Shown: one piece after another, positions 62,668-64,000 of the stretch
How positions within the stretch are numbered: the stretch's first letter is position 1
How the letters are laid out: every line of letters starts with the position of its first letter
Virus record (IMG/VR): IMGVR_UViG_3300026549_000076
Coordinates: 5,444 to 69,443 of that record
Source: a virus
Lineage: Duplodnaviria; Caudoviricetes
DNA length: 64,000 nucleotides
Strand: one strand, 5' to 3'
The notes under the pieces: model-generated
What the model saw: only the letters and a program-made list of their open reading frames with translations
Database searches by the model: none
What the model was told of the DNA's origin: nothing
Translations under genes and position numbers: made by a program

Positions 62668-63597
62668 TTATGAAATTAATCCACCTAATCTTAAATATTT
62701 AAGTAATAACTCATACACATCTTCAGACAACTCCATATCCTGAAGAGTCTCCAAAATAGATTGTGAGGAATCAAACTTAAAATTATCTAAGAAATCAGTA
62801 AAATCAACATTCAAAGACTGTAAGGATGTATCTAGGACTTTATTTAAAAGAACCTGCTCTTTAAAAACATCTTTAATTCCTAAAACACCTGGAATAGCAA
62901 TAGATGAAAACTTAGAAGTAGATGTATTAAATAGTAACACATCTACAGATTCTCTATGTAATTGAGAAGTCTGTGAAGTACCTCTAGAAAAAGAACCAGG
63001 TCTATAAACAGAAAAATCAGATCTTACCACAGGATCGTATGGAGTATGATCATGTCCAAGAACATAATATTTATACCCTAAAGACTTACATAAATCCACA
63101 GTTAATGTATGTTCAACATCATTAAAACCATCCTCAAAGAAATAATGTCCTATAAGAAACTCATCCTTAACTGTAGCTTTAGGAATATCATTAACTTCAG
63201 TAGTAAAATCACAAAATCTAAAAGTATATCCTTGAATAACTGTCTCATCAGCATTCTCAAAAGCTCCAACCATTCTCAACATAGAAATTGGAGAAGCATC
63301 TAGCAATTCTCTATTTCTATAAAGTAAATCATGATTACCTATAACAGTATAGAAATTAACTCCAGTTAACATTTTAATATTAAGAAATTCTTTCAATACT
63401 CTAGTAAAATACCCTAAATCTAAACCCTTAGTATTAAATAAGTCACCTAAGAAAATTGCATCTGAAACATCATTAGATTCAATAAGAGATGCCACAGATC
63501 TAAGTTTAGAAATTAAAGTACTAGGATAATCATCTTTACGAGAAATAGGAATCTTATTAGAAAAATGAGTATCTCCTATAAATAAAATATTCCCCAC
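62668..63597 (-). CDS. SbcD/Mre11-like metallophosphoesterase nuclease
   Basis: IGDTH, LGDLF, IGNHD, GHY, LGHDH, RPGSFSR. Confidence 0.9.
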   Translation of the reverse strand: MGNILFIGDTHFSNKIPISRKDDYPSTLISKLRSVASLIESNDVSDAIFLGDLFNTKGLDLGYFTRVLKEFLNIKMLTGVNFYTVIGNHDLLYRNRELLDASPISMLRMVGAFENADETVIQGYTFRFCDFTTEVNDIPKATVKDEFLIGHYFFEDGFNDVEHTLTVDLCKSLGYKYYVLGHDHTPYDPVVRSDFSVYRPGSFSRGTSQTSQLHRESVDVLLFNTSTSKFSSIAIPGVLGIKDVFKEQVLLNKVLDTSLQSLNVDFTDFLDNFKFDSSQSILETLQDMELSEDVYELLLKYLRLGGLIS

Positions 63598-63605
63598 AAA
63601 ATCAC

Positions 63606-63788
63606 CTACCCAAAATCTCTATATGAAAATCTATACCCATTAATATTAGCACAATTACTAAAATTATCTGGATTCTCTTCTGATTGCTTCTCCTCAACCA
63701 TCTTAAAGAAGTCATCATAGGAAACCTCAACTGTAAGTTGTTTCTGCTTAACAACTTCAGTACAGAAAGTAACTATAACATCATACAT
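63606..63788 (-). CDS. Hypothetical protein (60 aa)
   Basis: RBS AAGGAG, TAATG overlap with the upstream ORF. Confidence 0.6.
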   Translation of the reverse strand: MYDVIVTFCTEVVKQKQLTVEVSYDDFFKMVEEKQSEENPDNFSNCANINGYRFSYRDFG

Positions 63789-64000
63789 TATTTATTCTCC
63801 TTTAGATTATTAATTTCATCTATTAGTTCATTAATTTTTCGTTTAATTTCATAATGCTCACTATCTTCTATTTTACCAAATTTAAATTTTTCTATCTTCT
63901 TATCTTCTTCTATTATTTCTGCATTCATATTTAGCCATTCATCATCTATATACCACTCTACTTTTGTTCCATCTTCATCACGTATACAATTTGATTTATC
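63788..64000 (-). CDS. Partial hypothetical protein (3' end only)
   Basis: Open frame from the window edge (DKSNCIRDEDG...NNLKENK) ending in a TAATG overlap. Confidence 0.6.
   Translation of the reverse strand, partial: DKSNCIRDEDGTKVEWYIDDEWLNMNAEIIEEDKKIEKFKFGKIEDSEHYEIKRKINELIDEINNLKENK

Noticed and set aside
264-63303. All plus-strand ORFs in the track (e.g. 264, 2353, 11480, 20952, 21950, 22736, 28715, 37168, 44881, 48434, 57469, 63109)
   Set aside because: They are antisense shadows of long minus-strand genes, with no RBS or recognisable motifs.
1-64000. Stop-codon reassignment (alternative genetic code)
   Set aside because: Conserved genes are full length under the standard code, and gene junctions are tight.

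Overview
This is a 64-kb segment of a large, strongly AT-rich, T4-like contractile-tailed (myovirus/jumbo-type) phage genome. The host is probably a Bacillota species, judging from strong GGAGG ribosome-binding sites, an M23+SH3b lysin, SpoVS and AbrB-like genes. Every credible gene is on the minus strand, and the standard genetic code fits. 0-38 kb is mostly morphogenesis: baseplate, tail fibre, spike, hub, tape measure, chaperone, gp20-like portal, gp23-like capsid, sheath, tube and neck, interrupted by a soluble FtsK, a split C5 methyltransferase and a lysin. 38-64 kb is replication, recombination and metabolism: SNF2-like helicase, 5'-3' exonuclease, primase, Dam-like MTase, RuvC, ligase, DnaX and clamp-loader-like subunits, terminase, sigma factor, MetK plus nucleosidase, RecA, HU, GroEL-like chaperonin, beta-clamp-like protein and SbcD. 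Highlights: (1) eight unrelated proteins at three loci share an MNL(Y/F)xx(I/V/L)K N-terminal tag and carry hydrophobic-x-E|(A/S/T) sites, suggesting a capsid-targeting and polyprotein cargo-delivery system; (2) an FtsK motor with no membrane or gamma domain sits next to the portal; (3) two LAGLIDADG inteins; (4) a probable +1/-2 programmed frameshift in the tail chaperone; (5) a recurring candidate late-promoter motif, with a short sigma factor and a Mor-like activator. Family assignments come from motif recognition by eye; no database search was run. No tRNA, rRNA or CRISPR array was recognised.
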